From the NCBI RefSeq assembly GCF_009914755.1, contig NC_060935.1: DNA of 64,000 nt; one strand, written 5' to 3'. Positions within the stretch are counted from its first letter, which is position 1, and the number at the start of each line of letters is the position of its first letter. A program made the position numbers and the translations under genes. Below are positions 12,241-25,855 of this stretch, one piece after another. Below the pieces are notes generated by a model. The model was not told the DNA's origin. It saw only the letters and a program-made list of their open reading frames with translations, and did not search any database. Source of the DNA: the human T2T-CHM13v2.0 reference genome, Homo sapiens.

Positions 12241-13846
12241 TTTAGTGTCTTCCCAGTACAAGTCAATATCGCTTGATCCATTCTGAACTTGGTAACATTT
12301 ATATGCAACTGAGTTTGCACATCTAATTACACGACCTGGTAATATGGTTCATCTCTTGTGACCGTACATTTTCTGTTCCAATATAATATTTATGGAATCG
12401 TTTAGATTTACTACGTGTTACCCAATGTCTTGCTTCTGTATATGGAAAAATAACCAGAAATTAAAATATGTTGTAGTTACGGCAATAACAAACAAACAGA
12501 CAAAAAGAAATTGCTAGAACGTCAGTGTGGCCGGAGCGCAGTGATTAAAGCAAGGAAGTTCAGGAATAATTCTGCAGTAAAAAACAAGTTCCTTTGAAAG
12601 GACAAAAAGAAGAGCCATCATTGTTGATCCACTGCTAAACAGCTGAGTAACATAAGCAACACATTACAAAGCAGTAAATTCCCTGTGGCCATTGAGTGTC
12701 ATTATGATGTTGAAATAATTGTTCTGGAGGCCAACACACTGGTCAGCAAAGTTGATTCTTTCACCAAGTAAATGGAATATAAAATCAATAATACTCTATT
12801 AATCATTTCTTTTATGCAATGTCTTTATCTATTGGATGATAATAGGAACAGATGAAACTATTAAAAGAAACTCTTGATTAATCGATTATTCTCTACTAAT
12901 TAATGTTACCCGAAGGATTGCCTTCTAAGCTCCCCAGTTTAGGAAGAAAACATATGAGGCCTCTTAAATAAAAAAGTTTTCCTTTATCACTTAAAATAAC
13001 ATTGTAAAAGATCCCTAAGTTAATATGGGACATCATTTCCTTAATTTTATTACAAAAAAATTGATGAATGGCATTTGTTGAAGCATGGCCAGCATTAACA
13101 GATGCTTCGGTAAGCAAGGAGGTGCTGCAGTTCTTCAGAATCTTTTTATTTTCCTGAAATTTAGAAAACTTAGGCATGGGAACTCATAGATCCGCTGAAA
13201 GTAAGAAAGAATGGAATTGTATAGTGACTTTTAGTATACACTCACTCACTGATCAACATTAAACACTGGTAAACAAATCTAGTCTAATGTGACAAGATTA
13301 AAAAAAATTGCCACATTACATTTATCTGAACAGTCAAGTCTACTCTCTGGGTATGGTGTTAGTATGTCTTTACTCACAGACACTGTTTTCTAAGTTATGT
13401 TTGTGATGAGATATAAGAATGAGAAAAAGGATAATGTAGAATGGACTAAGCCATGAGTTACATATAGACACTTACAGTGCCAGTTACAACTCTGAATAAG
13501 AATTGTAAAGGCCTTTGTTATTCTCTGAGGAAGAAATGTATTAACTTATATTTCAAAATACCATCATTTAAAATACATACAACATTTTCTATATAAAGCG
13601 TCTGAACTTCCATATTTTACAAATGACAATTTTGGCTTTCTGTGGCCATCTATAAATCTGATTTTTCAGGTATTAAAATTATTTCATTATTTTATTGTTT
13701 AATCTCATATATTTTAAGACAAAAAATAAAGAGAATTGGGGAACCAAATGTAATGTTTAGAGTTTTAAAATATTTTTTATTCATTGGTAAGGATTTAGTG
13801 TCAAATGGCTAGTCCAGGATCAGGATCACCACTCATCCTCTGAAAG

Positions 13847-13886
13847 TTTTTTTTTTTTTTTTTTGTGCGTGTGTGTGTGTGTGTGT
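13847..13886. repeat. poly(T) plus (TG)n microsatellite
   Basis: Directly visible. Confidence 0.95.
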
Positions 13887-16800
13887 ACATGTGCATGTTG
13901 TACTGCACATATCGATTCAGTATCTCAATATCAAACCTCAAGTCATGGCATTTTGTACGAAATCACAGAGATGGAAAATTAAGCCAATTTTACTAGATGT
14001 ATTTCTCATTTGAAAAAACAACTATGTACTCAAATAATTACTTAATATATTACACACACACTTATAATTCTTATCCTAATTAATATTTACACCATTTAAC
14101 TAAGTTGTGATTTCTAAGCTTTTGTCACTTTTCCTGTTTCAGTCAAAGTACTGTGTTCATAAAGCTACTGTTATTGTTAGAAATTTACTTAACAGAAAAC
14201 TACAGGGATGATTTTAAATTTATAGCCAATATGGAAAATATACAAATCCACTCTTCTTACTCACACAGTAATTTACAAGACATTTCTTATCCGTTGTCTA
14301 GTTTGGAGTGACTAGGACATAAGCACATGCCCAGAGCTTTTGCAAAATGTCTCATGCATAAAATATTAAGGAGTAGGTCCTTGGAAGAATTGGATACACA
14401 TTTCATAGAAAGCTATTTGTGAGAATTTTCAAAAAAGATAGTTAGCTACCTGCCTTTCAAAGCCAATATTGAAGATTGACACTAAATCTACAACAGCAAA
14501 TATATTTTGTAAAACATAAAAATATAGTAATGTTTTTAAAGTTAGAGGACCCTTAATAATGTCATACTAAAAACAGCTTCACATCTGCAGTTATTTAAAA
14601 ACAGATCAGGTCAATAAATCTTTAGCCTGCCTTGCAATTCCAATGAAGTACAGACTGTAATTTTTATGATACTCTTACTTGCTTCATACTCTGGAACAAG
14701 ATCCTTTGGGAAAGAGACACTAACAAAAACCACATAGTCATTGCTATCCACACCTATTATGAGGAGAAATACAAGTATCCTCTTCCCAGGTAGAATAGAG
14801 CATATTTCAAGATGGTGGGCTTTGACTCATTTATAGCTAATACATTTGCTATATTAACTCGAGATAAGTATTTTTAAAATTAAAGAGTGCCGTACAATAA
14901 TTAGAGAAAAATCATTACGAGTACATTTTATAAAATAAAGTGTTTTCTCTGGTTTTATTTTAATTTTATATGTGGGTATGCATTGTGATTTTAAAATATT
15001 TCTTATTAGATTGAAGTAACTAAAAATTCCTGTTTAGAATTTTTAAAAATGTTTGGAAATAAACAGTTCCGTTATTGACCAAATTATACATTCTATGCCC
15101 AAACTCTGCTTTCCCCTCTTGCAGTAGCTAGAAATTTTACCCAGGATTAGTGGGGCATTCGTTAGACATTACTAATATGTCTCTAGAGATATTTTCCAAA
15201 GAAAATAATATAACCTAGGGGCAAGGGGAAGAAATATTCAAATGTCATTCCAAAATTAATCTTTAATTCCCCATCATCTAACATCTAGAAGAGACTACAT
15301 TAGGAAATGAATAAAAACAGCGTGATTTTCAACCACAAAGGGTCTAAAGTCTATCAGGGGAAGATATATGGAAACAGATGGTTGTAATAAGAGATGAAAT
15401 ATAGATTAGGTATGTCTAAAATGTTTTTGGAAGACAAATATGAAAGCTGTTAACATGGGAAGGAAAAATTAAGTAGCTCTTCATAGAAGTGTGATATTTC
15501 AGCAGAGCTTGAAAGATAAGTAGGAGTTTCCATTTTCACTGTCTATTTTTCTGTAAAGAAAGAAACTAGGAATGGCAAGATTAAAAATAGAGAAGTATGG
15601 AAAGGCATTTTGTTATTGACAAATTGAGACCAATCATTAATTGAAACAATGGATGCTCCTGCTGACTGGAGAGTTGAGTGGAACCGGGATAATAAAAATA
15701 TTCAGAGATGATACTATAAAAAGTCACATGTCCTTTCAAATATAATGCATGCTCTCCTTTGGATTCAAAGTAAAATAGTTTGTGTGCACACGTTTCAGGG
15801 TTTTGTGTTTTACAGGTGGAGAAAAACGAATGATAAGAAAAGAGACCAGAAATATAGGGTAAAGTTGGATAACGCTTGCTTTCTTTCCAGCCTGGACTAC
15901 TATCTATTCTTTCACTGCTCTATCTTCAGACTCTATGCACGCTCTGAAAATTAATAGTCCCCACTATATATTATTGAATAAAGAACTGAATGAATTGAAA
16001 TAACCTTCTACAAGAGTAGCAGTTAGACAAAATCCAGGAAAATGTTAAGGATAGAATGTTCAGTCTTGGTTACAGATTACAGTGGGTGGTATAGCTAGGA
16101 ACTGTTAAAGGTAAGTTGCTTATCTACTCATGTTAGTGAAAATGGTTCAGTGTGTGGGGACTAGTGTGTAGGTTTTGAAACTGTGCTTGTAACTACTAGT
16201 AGATCTTAAATCCACTTTTTAGGATCCCAAGAAGCATTGTTTGAATTAAATAGAATGGAACAGATTACGCTAGAAAACGAAAGAATATGTAATACAAGCG
16301 GATGTCAGGGAAGCAAAAGTATTATTCTCAATATATCTATTAGTTCCATGCCATCTTATAACAAGTATTTATTTCTATAGTTTGTCATAAAAAAGTTTGA
16401 GTCTGAAAGTTAGTCTTCTTGAGAAGGGTTTGGTCTGAGCAGTGCAAAGACCAAAAATTCTCTTTTTACTTACCTCCCTTTTCTCTTTTCTTTTTCCTAT
16501 TTTAACTCAAAATTGACGTTCAGTTTTTAACATGCAATTAGAGATTTGGAATTTATGGGTTCCTATGTCCTTATCCATCAATTTCCATGTTGCTATAATT
16601 AGACATTAATGTTCCATCTGTATTAGGGTTTTAGGATATCTAGTATATACTTACATATTGCATATCTAATATGTATCTTATACATATAATAAATATAATT
16701 TATTTAGAATAAAATTAAGGTAAATAAGTATTTTTTGAAAGTTACTACTTACCACATTATGTTGCTCAATAAATATGTTTATTAATACAAAACACAAATA

Positions 16801-17492
16801 ACTGAAATGGATTCTTTGATTAATTGAGCAGAAGTAAATACTCAAGAGCTATTAGTAAACTCTGAAGAACAGTGAAGAAACACAGGCTCTTATTTTATTT
16901 ATATATTTATTTGCATAGTAATTTTCAAAGCGTGAAATTTATAAGTTTTTAAGGAAAGCTCTATTTTCCATTACTAGATATAATGGTGGGAGAGAGAAGA
17001 AAGAGGAGTTGAGAGACATGATATTTGATACTATTTGGGTATTCAATAATTCAATTTTAAAATTATCCAAAATGAATAAGAAAATGATGATACACAACAT
17101 TAAATAGAGTAGGAAAACAAAAATTAATGCAAAAAATGTAATTAAATCAGTTTTTTAATAAAAGATAAAAAAGCAGACATAAACTGAATGTAAAGAAACA
17201 TAAACTTCCAAATCTCTTAGAAAGCAAATATCAATTTTACTCTAATTTACAGGATAAGATTATGTGAGGATTCATTCCCTACATTCATGTAAGTTCATGC
17301 TTTAGATATAAAGATGTTTATACGGTGTTATATTCTTTTTGCTCTCCATCACATTTCCAGAATTCCAGTATGCTAACAATCATTATATTAGTTAAATAAA
17401 TTAATAAATAAATCTAATTAATTAAACTCTTTACAATACAATAAATATAAAAACACCACATATAGGATTTACAGTATTAAAATATGACTTAG

Positions 17493-17523
17493 ACTTAACT
17501 CTTTTCTCTACTTCCACATTTAG
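17493..17523 (+). promoter_or_regulatory. 3' splice site immediately before the OR8U1 coding exon
   Basis: CTTAAC branch point, pyrimidine tract TCTTTTCTCTACTTCC and TAG at 17521-17523. Confidence 0.7.
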
Positions 17524-18468
17524 ATGGCCAGAAAAGATATGGCTCACATCAATTGCACCCAGGCGACAGAGTTTATTCTTGTGGGCCTCACAGACCATCA
17601 GGAGTTGAAGATGCCCCTCTTTGTGCTATTCTTATCCATCTACCTCTTCACAGTGGTAGGCAACTTGGGTTTGATCCTACTCATTAGAGCGGATACAAGT
17701 CTCAACACACCAATGTACTTCTTTCTTAGCAACCTAGCTTTTGTGGATTTCTGTTACTCTTCTGTCATTACACCCAAAATGCTTGGGAATTTCTTGTACA
17801 AACAAAATGTTATATCCTTTGATGCATGTGCTACTCAACTGGGCTGCTTTCTCACCTTCATGATATCAGAATCCTTGCTACTGGCTTCCATGGCCTATGA
17901 CCGATATGTGGCCATTTGTAACCCTCTATTGTATATGGTTGTAATGACTCCAGGAATCTGCATTCAACTTGTAGCAGTTCCTTATAGCTATAGCTTCCTA
18001 ATGGCACTATTTCACACCATCCTCACCTTCCGCCTCTCCTATTGCCACTCCAACATTGTCAACCATTTCTATTGTGATGACATGCCTCTCCTCAGGCTAA
18101 CTTGCTCAGACACTCGCTTCAAACAGCTCTGGATCTTTGCCTGTGCTGGTATCATGTTCATTTCCTCCCTTCTGATTGTCTTTGTCTCCTACATGTTCAT
18201 CATTTCTGCCATCCTGAGGATGCATTCAGCTGAGGGAAGACAGAAGGCTTTCTCGACGTGTGGCTCTCACATGCTGGCAGTCACCATATTCTATGGGACC
18301 CTCATTTTTATGTACTTACAGCCTAGCTCTAGCCATGCCCTGGACACAGACAAGATGGCCTCTGTCTTCTACACAGTGATCATTCCCATGTTGAATCCCT
18401 TAATCTATAGCCTCCAGAATAAGGAGGTGAAAGAAGCTCTGAAGAAAATCATTATCAATAAAAACTAG
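17524..18468 (+). CDS. OR8U1: Olfactory receptor family 8 subfamily U, intact (314 aa from 17524, or 309 aa from ATG 17539)
   Basis: Full 7TM ORF with NCT sequon, [36 protein letters not shown] and [35 protein letters not shown] is recognised. Confidence 0.93.
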   Translation: MARKDMAHINCTQATEFILVGLTDHQELKMPLFVLFLSIYLFTVVGNLGLILLIRADTSLNTPMYFFLSNLAFVDFCYSSVITPKMLGNFLYKQNVISFDACATQLGCFLTFMISESLLLASMAYDRYVAICNPLLYMVVMTPGICIQLVAVPYSYSFLMALFHTILTFRLSYCHSNIVNHFYCDDMPLLRLTCSDTRFKQLWIFACAGIMFISSLLIVFVSYMFIISAILRMHSAEGRQKAFSTCGSHMLAVTIFYGTLIFMYLQPSSSHALDTDKMASVFYTVIIPMLNPLIYSLQNKEVKEALKKIIINKN

Positions 18469-19677
18469 AGTTTTGTGTTTATAAAATTAAGAAAGTAACT
18501 TGAGTAAGGAAAAATGGACTTCTTTCATGGTATGATTTTTTTCCCAGTATAAGTTATCAGGATCCTTGTTTCTCAATATGTGATGTATACATATATTTTC
18601 GCTGTGTAATACAATTTTCTAGAGAATTTCTCTTAGAACGTTAGGTATAAAAGTAACTATAAGAATTTACAACACTTCTCTTATTTTTCAAGTGGAAAAT
18701 ATATTAAAATTATTAATTTTCTTGCATAATATTTTATACCAATTTTCCTATTTCTCAAATGAAGAATGCATAAAAAGTCATCATCAAGATATATAATTAG
18801 TTATGTGCAGAGCACAGACAAAAGTTAACTCCTCTCCCCGTCCATCCCCAGTTCAGGATTCTGAAGCTGTATTTACAATATCCCACGTGAAAAATAAAGA
18901 CACATAGTCTAAACATTTTCTTTCTCAATTCCTAATTTTTTGAAAAAATACATGACAATATAAAAATGTCCTATATTTATGCATTTAACATATTGTCTTT
19001 ATTAATACAAAGAGTACTGCTTTCTAACCTCACCTATGTTACTGACTGAATGTACCTTCTACTTCCTGGAAGTCTTGTTCTGTCTCTGAAGACTAACTCT
19101 CTAAGAGAACTGCTTTTCTTATGCCTACAAGATCTCATTATACTTTTTCCCAAAATGTAAATAATGTAACTCAGGGATAGAATTCTGGAGGGAGGAGGGG
19201 AGGGCATTATAATTCAAACAAATATATTCACAGTCATTGAAACATCATAAATCATTTTTCCAGTAACAAGGATTATATACAGTTGTGCACAGCAAAGCTC
19301 AGGTAAGCTGGTCATTATTTATTAAGGTATAGCTTATAACTCAATGAACCCAGTAGGCAATGTAGCCGAGTGAATAAGCACATGCCTTATAGTCAAAGTA
19401 TGTGGTTAGATCCCAAACATGTCATTGTGCTCTAGGTATGCTCTTATGAGTTTACTCATCAGATAAATGAGAATAATGTTACTCAGTTTAGAGACTTTTA
19501 TAGGACTAAGCAATATGGAAAGGGGTAATAATTCATGGTAGGCACTTGAGTATCATTTCCCTTCCTTCTATGAACCTGCAGACTTGAGTGCTAGTCTACT
19601 AATTATAAGTCACATAAACGTGAGGGAGCAATTTATAAATGAAGATTATTGTACACCACAGCTGATAAATTGATAAT

Positions 19678-19711
<34 letters not shown>
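19678..19711. repeat. (GA)n microsatellite
   Basis: Directly visible. Confidence 0.95.
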
Positions 19712-19727
19712 TAATCATTTTAAAGTA

Positions 19728-19955
19728 TCTTTTTAACTTTTATTTTAAGTTCAGGGATACAAGTGCAGGTTTGTTACATATGTAAAGTTGTGTCAGGGGG
19801 TTTGTTGTACAGATCTTTTCATCACCCAGGTATTCAGCCTGGAACCCATTAGTTATTTTTCCTGATTGGCTCCCTCCTCCCAGCCTCCAGCCTCTGAAAG
19901 GTCCCAGTGTGTGTTGTTCCCCTCTATGTGCTCATGTGTTTTCATCATTTAGCCT
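19728..19955 (-). mobile_element. 5'-truncated L1PA (PA13-like) 3' end
   Basis: TTTTAACTTTTATTTTAAGTTCAGGGATACAAGTGCAGGTTTGTTACAT...CCCAGTGTGTGTTGTTCCCCTC. Confidence 0.85.
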
Positions 19956-20368
19956 AAGAAAGATTTGATTTTATGAATCATGCCTATCATTTAATATTTT
20001 TGCTTCACTTTTTTTCATCTGTAGCCTGTTTCCATACTTAATGGCAAAAGATTAGAAATATACTATTAATGCCCACTGAGAGATTATATTAAAATAGAAA
20101 TAATTCTTAAATAACCTGCTTTAGGTTAGTGTCCATTTTCAATAATTTTCTTATATATTTGTGAGGTTGTAGAGACATAGGAGTAGCATGACCCACAGTT
20201 CTCAAAAGTTTATTTCCTCCTTTTTTCTTTAAACACATGTATCTACTACTTGAACATTTCAGTGCCTTCCTATTGTCTCACATAGGATTAAGCTCTGGCA
20301 GAAGATGTTAAGTCTGTCATCTATATATTGAAAGGTTATAATTAATGTTCTTAAATGCATAACCTCTT

Positions 20369-20789
<421 letters not shown>

Positions 20790-22310
20790 TCAACAGTTTA
20801 TTCTATTTATGTATACTCTAGTTTCCTGATCTTATAAGAAAGTATGAAATATAAAAAGTAAAATGAGGTGAAGAAAATATCAACTATTAAATTCATAAAA
20901 TGAAGCAGTATGAAGATAAAAATATATCAGCTGTTAAATTAATTGTCCCAAAATCAAAAAAGATTATGATTAAAAACTTTTGTTTGAGTGAAAAATTTTT
21001 TAATTGTAATTTTTACAATTTCATACCTAACTTGAAAAAGCTAAACATTTGGAAAATTATCCAATCACAATTAAAGCTTAAAATTTTCAGGTTAAAACTG
21101 AGGATTTGTTATATAACTGTTAATATAGGAGAAAAAGATTTGTCATGATTTCCGCTTAAATTTTGCGGATGATTTTGTTAAGTTGGTTTTGTCCGTTTTG
21201 AGGACAGTCATGTTTCATTTGACAAGTGCTTCAAACTCGTTAACAAATTAGTCCACCTGTGGAACATATCACAACAAAATATTTCCAAAAAATGTGAAAG
21301 TATGAGTCTGTATTTAATGGCAAATAATTGGCAAACAATCTTTTCTTTAACTTTTATTTTTGATCGGGCAAACAATCTTTAGTAGCAAATAAATTCATGC
21401 ATCCCTACGGGCACCAGATAAGCACAAATTATAGAAACACCAATGTGAAAAATTAAGTTGTCAAAGTGCATAAGCATCTAAGATATTGAAACATGGAAAT
21501 ATGCATATAAAATTAAAGTCAAGTTTATGAAAACAGAGGATAGCATAAAATGTAAAGAACCATTAAAATTGAATGGGAAGGCAGGAAGGAAGAAAGAAAT
21601 GGAAAGAAAAAGGAAAGATCAATCTCAATATCACCACATAGGTATAACTACTGTTAACATTTTGTCATATTTTATTTGAGTATTTCTGTGCACATATATA
21701 TGTATACATACATGCAATATCACCTGTATATATTTATATATGTAATCCTTCTTTTCATGTCAATAAATGAAAACCTATATCAACTTTTAAAGGGTCATTT
21801 AGTATTTTATGAAGAATTTACAGTTACTAAATATCTGTTAGAACGTATTTAGACAAATTCCATTTTACGGTAACTGAAATTAAACAATATATGTACTTGC
21901 ATATTTTTATTATTTTCTTATGGACTTAGCATTGAAATCATTGCATCAAGTGGCAGAAATATTTTAAACAATTTTGATGCTTACTGTTAAGCTACCTTCT
22001 AGAAAATTGAGGATAAATTACATCTTTACAGGATGTTCATGAGGATATATCCATTTCCCACACCTTTACCAACATGGATATTTTCATCCTTTTAATTTGA
22101 TCAATCTTATGTTATCTAGTCCTTTGATATTTAATAAAATTGATTATTTCCCTTTGTAATTAACAAATATATTACATGGAAAGCAGCTAGAGATTCATCA
22201 TTGATTTTGTGTTCTGCTTTTAGCATATTGCGTAATCATAAAATATTTGTCATTTACTAATTTTTGTATTATTTTATTTATAATATTAACCTATGTTTAT
22301 ATAACTACCA

Positions 22311-22531
22311 CCAGTGCTGTGCTGGAGGCAGCCCATACTAGCGTCCAAGAACTATATCTGCAAATCTCTTTTGAACTCATGTTCATGACTGTAGGTCAGT
22401 AGCTTAAAATCAGCTAAGATGGGAGTATTTACAGCATGGAAATCACAAAATCAACAGATGTTACAAATTAAATCTTCCTTTTTCTTTTAAATTTGAAAGC
22501 CAGTTGATAAACATCCACTGGAATGCCATTG
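22311..22531. mobile_element. MER63-like hAT DNA transposon within degraded L1ME sequence
   Basis: Starts CCAGTGCTGTGCTGGAG. Internal GTAGCTTAAAATCAGC...GGGAGTATTTACA. Degenerate inverted end. Confidence 0.65.
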
Positions 22532-23573
22532 ATCTCCACCCTGCTTTGCATCCTACAGTTTATATTTTACTTTTTGTAAGAATAAGTAACCTTTAATTAC
22601 TTTAAGAAATATCTTGTTTATCTTGAAAGTTTAATAAATCAATTTCAGTTTATCTTTCATGCATTATGAATTTGAATTAACCTGTAAATAATTTTTTTCT
22701 TCCCCAAATGCCACCCCACTACAAAATAATGTGAATCTATAAATTTATTTAAGTTAAGCATAAACAATATGCTTAACTTCTGAAGCATATTGTTATATAT
22801 GCTTAACTTATATATGTATGAATATATAAAGCCAATATTTTGCCAAGTTTAATAGTAAATTAAAATTTGGGTTTTACTTTTTCCTCATTATTTTAAATGG
22901 AATCTTGAAAACTATATTTTCACTTTTACTTGAAGCTACATTTTTATTATGGTATCATTTTCATTATGTAGCTTGGTAACTGAATGCTTCACAACAATCA
23001 TAACAAATCTAATAATATTTTTCCACTGAGCTTATTGGTTCAAGTACCAATAAGCTGTAATATATACTTTAGAATATATACCAATATAGTATAATACATA
23101 CTTTAAAAATAATGATATTTTTACCACTGTTTTTGTTGCATGGGCTAGGATACTGCATAATGTTTAGTCAAAGCCATGGTTGTCTTGATTCTAAGTTGAG
23201 TAGAAATATCGAGTATTTTGCCTTAATGTAGTATTCTAAAATATGTTAGCATTTCTTTTATCATTGAAGTATTTATCCTGCTTTTCCTATGATACAGGGT
23301 TTTTATTGTATATATAACATTCCACATTTTAATTCAAGATATTCTATCTTCTTTAACAATCTTCCAGACTACTAAGCATGTTGGAATATCTGACTGGAGC
23401 AAATCCCTTCTGATAATAAGCAGGGAGAATGATGTATAGGACAAGAGAGAGTTATCTTTCCAGTATGATCACCATCAAATAAGTGTGAGTCAAGTCTTTA
23501 ATCCAAGAAATGGAAGATTATCCAGGATGAATGTTTTGAAGATAATGGTATGAAATACTTCTACACATATTTC

Positions 23574-24513
23574 ATGGCCAAAACCAATAATTCAGAAGTT
23601 ACTGAATTCATCCTCTTGGGACTCACAGACAATCCAGAGCTCCAAGCCCTTTTTTAGGGGGATCTTTCTAGTGATCAATTTAAGTAGTGTCATGGGTAGC
23701 CTTGGGTTAATTATGCTAATTCATATCAGTCCTCAGCTTCACACAGCTATGTATTTTTTTCTCAGCCACGTAGCTTTTGTTTATTTTTGCTACACCTCCT
23801 CTATCACCCCTAACAGCCTAGTGAACCTCCTCCAAGAAACTAAAAGAATATCCTTACCTACTTGTGCCTCTCAGTTGCATTGCTTTATCATGTTTGTGGT
23901 TTGTGACATGTATGTGCTCTCAGCCATGGCATATGACAGGTATGTGGCCATCTGCAACCCTTTACTCTATAGTATCATCATGAACAGAAGGGTCTGTATT
24001 CAAATGGTGGTAAGTACATATTTGTATGGCTTTTCTGTGAGACTCCTACAGGCAATTCTTACATTCCACTTGTCTTTCTGAGATTCAAATATAATAAATA
24101 ATTCCTATTGTGATGATGTTCCCCTAGCATGTCTACCCTATCATAAAAACCATTACAAAGATGTAAAAGAACTGATATTGTTCACACTTGCTGGTTTCAA
24201 TACACTTTTCTCCCTTCTTATCATCCTCATCTCCTACATATCAGTACTGTCTGCCATTCTGAGAATTAATTCAGCTGAAAGTAGACAAAAGGCATTTTCT
24301 ACTTGTGACTCCCACCTGACTTCTATCATCATATTTTATGGTATAATTACCTTCATGTATATGCAGTGAAAAACAAATAATTCTCTGGATACAGACAAAA
24401 TAGCTTCTGTTTTCTGTATTGTGAAAATTCCTTCAATATATAGCCTGAGGAACCACGAAGTCAAAGATGCTTTGAAGATGATTATGGAAAATCTATGTCT
24501 TACTACAAGATAA
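23574..24513 (+). pseudogene. OR8L1P: OR pseudogene, 5AL-like in sequence
   Basis: Begins [24 protein letters not shown]. Lesions: +1 frameshift with TAG at 23655, in-frame stops at 24079 and 24367, and a 12-bp deletion removing the TM7 NP motif. [13 protein letters not shown] and KAFSTC are retained. Symbol from recalled gene order. Confidence 0.85.
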
Positions 24514-24679
24514 ATGACCTTGGGTCTAATCATAAAGCCCTTTGAATTGGGAGGCAAAATAAAGCCAGACTTTAAGTATTTTTGCACTAGCACACCATTA
24601 GTAACCTGCTTTTTAATGTTATAATATCAAAGTTGATATCGATACAGAACATGCATTAATTTTCATATTTCATTATTTG

Positions 24680-25855
24680 AATTGTTAAATGTATATATTT
24701 AATTGTTGTGAATACACAATAGTTGTACACATTTATGGGGTACATCTAATATTTAATACAAGCATACACTGTGTAATGATCACATCGGGGTAAATGGGAT
24801 ATCCATAACTTTGAGTATTTATCATTTCTTTGTGCTAGAAACATTCTAATTCCATTCTCTTTGTTATTTTGAAATACACAATAAATTATTGGAAGCTATA
24901 GTTGCCCTACTGTGCTACCAAACACTACATCTTATTCTTTCTATCTAACTGTATTTTTGTACTCATTAACTATTTCCTCATTATCAACTCTCCTCCCCAA
25001 TACACTTCCCAGTCTCTGCTCTGGCAACCACCATTCTACTATCTCCAGGAGTTTTATATATATATATACACACACACACATATATATATATATACACACA
25101 CACATATATATATACACACACATATATATGTAAGAACACGTGATATTCGTCTTTCTGTGTCTGACTTATGTCACTTATAATATCTTTCATGTTGTTGCAA
25201 ATGACAAGATTTCATTAATTTTATGGATCAATAATAATCCGTTGTGTATATGTACCACATTTTCTCTATGCATTCATCCACTGATGGAAACTTAGGTTGA
25301 TTCCATATCATGGCTGTTGTGAATAGTGCTGCAATAACATGGAAGTGTAAACATCTCTTCAATATACTAATTTCCTTTCTTTTGGCTATATATCCAGCAG
25401 TGAGATTGCTGGATTATATAGTAGTTCTACTTTTAGTTTTTTGAGGAACCTCAAGATTGTTCTTTACAGTGACTGCACTAATTTAATTTACATTCACACC
25501 AATGGTGTTTGAGGGTTCTCCTTTCATCATATCCTTGCCAGCATCCATTATTGCCTGTCGTTTGGATAAAAGCTATTTTTAACTGGGATTAGGTGACATC
25601 TCACTGTGGTTTTGATTTGCATTTCTTTGATTACTAGTGATATTAAACCATTTTTCATATACCTATTAGTCATTTTTAGGTCTTCTTTTGAGATATGTCT
25701 AGTCAGGTTTTTTGCCAATGTTTCAATTGAATTTTTGTGGATTTTATTTTTTCCTACTGAGTTGTTCGTGCTTGTTATATATTCTGTTTATTGATCCCTT
25801 GTCAAATCTGTAGATTGCAAATATTATCTCCCATTCCGGATTACTTCTTCACAAT
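24680..25855 (-). mobile_element. L1MA 3' end with embedded (TA)/(CA) microsatellite at 25054-25130
   Basis: GTTGTACACATTTATGGGGTACAT...GATTCCATATC...TGAGGAACCTC...GTGGTTTTGATTTGCATTTC. Confidence 0.85.

Noticed and set aside
21400-21411. CATCCCTACGGG also present at 47331-47342, both upstream of 5AL-like genes
   Set aside because: 12-mer matches are expected by chance in 64 kb, the flanks do not visibly align, and it is an imperfect O/E site.
24902-25190. ORFs with YIYTHTH / CVYIY repeats
   Set aside because: Translation of a TA/CA microsatellite within an L1.
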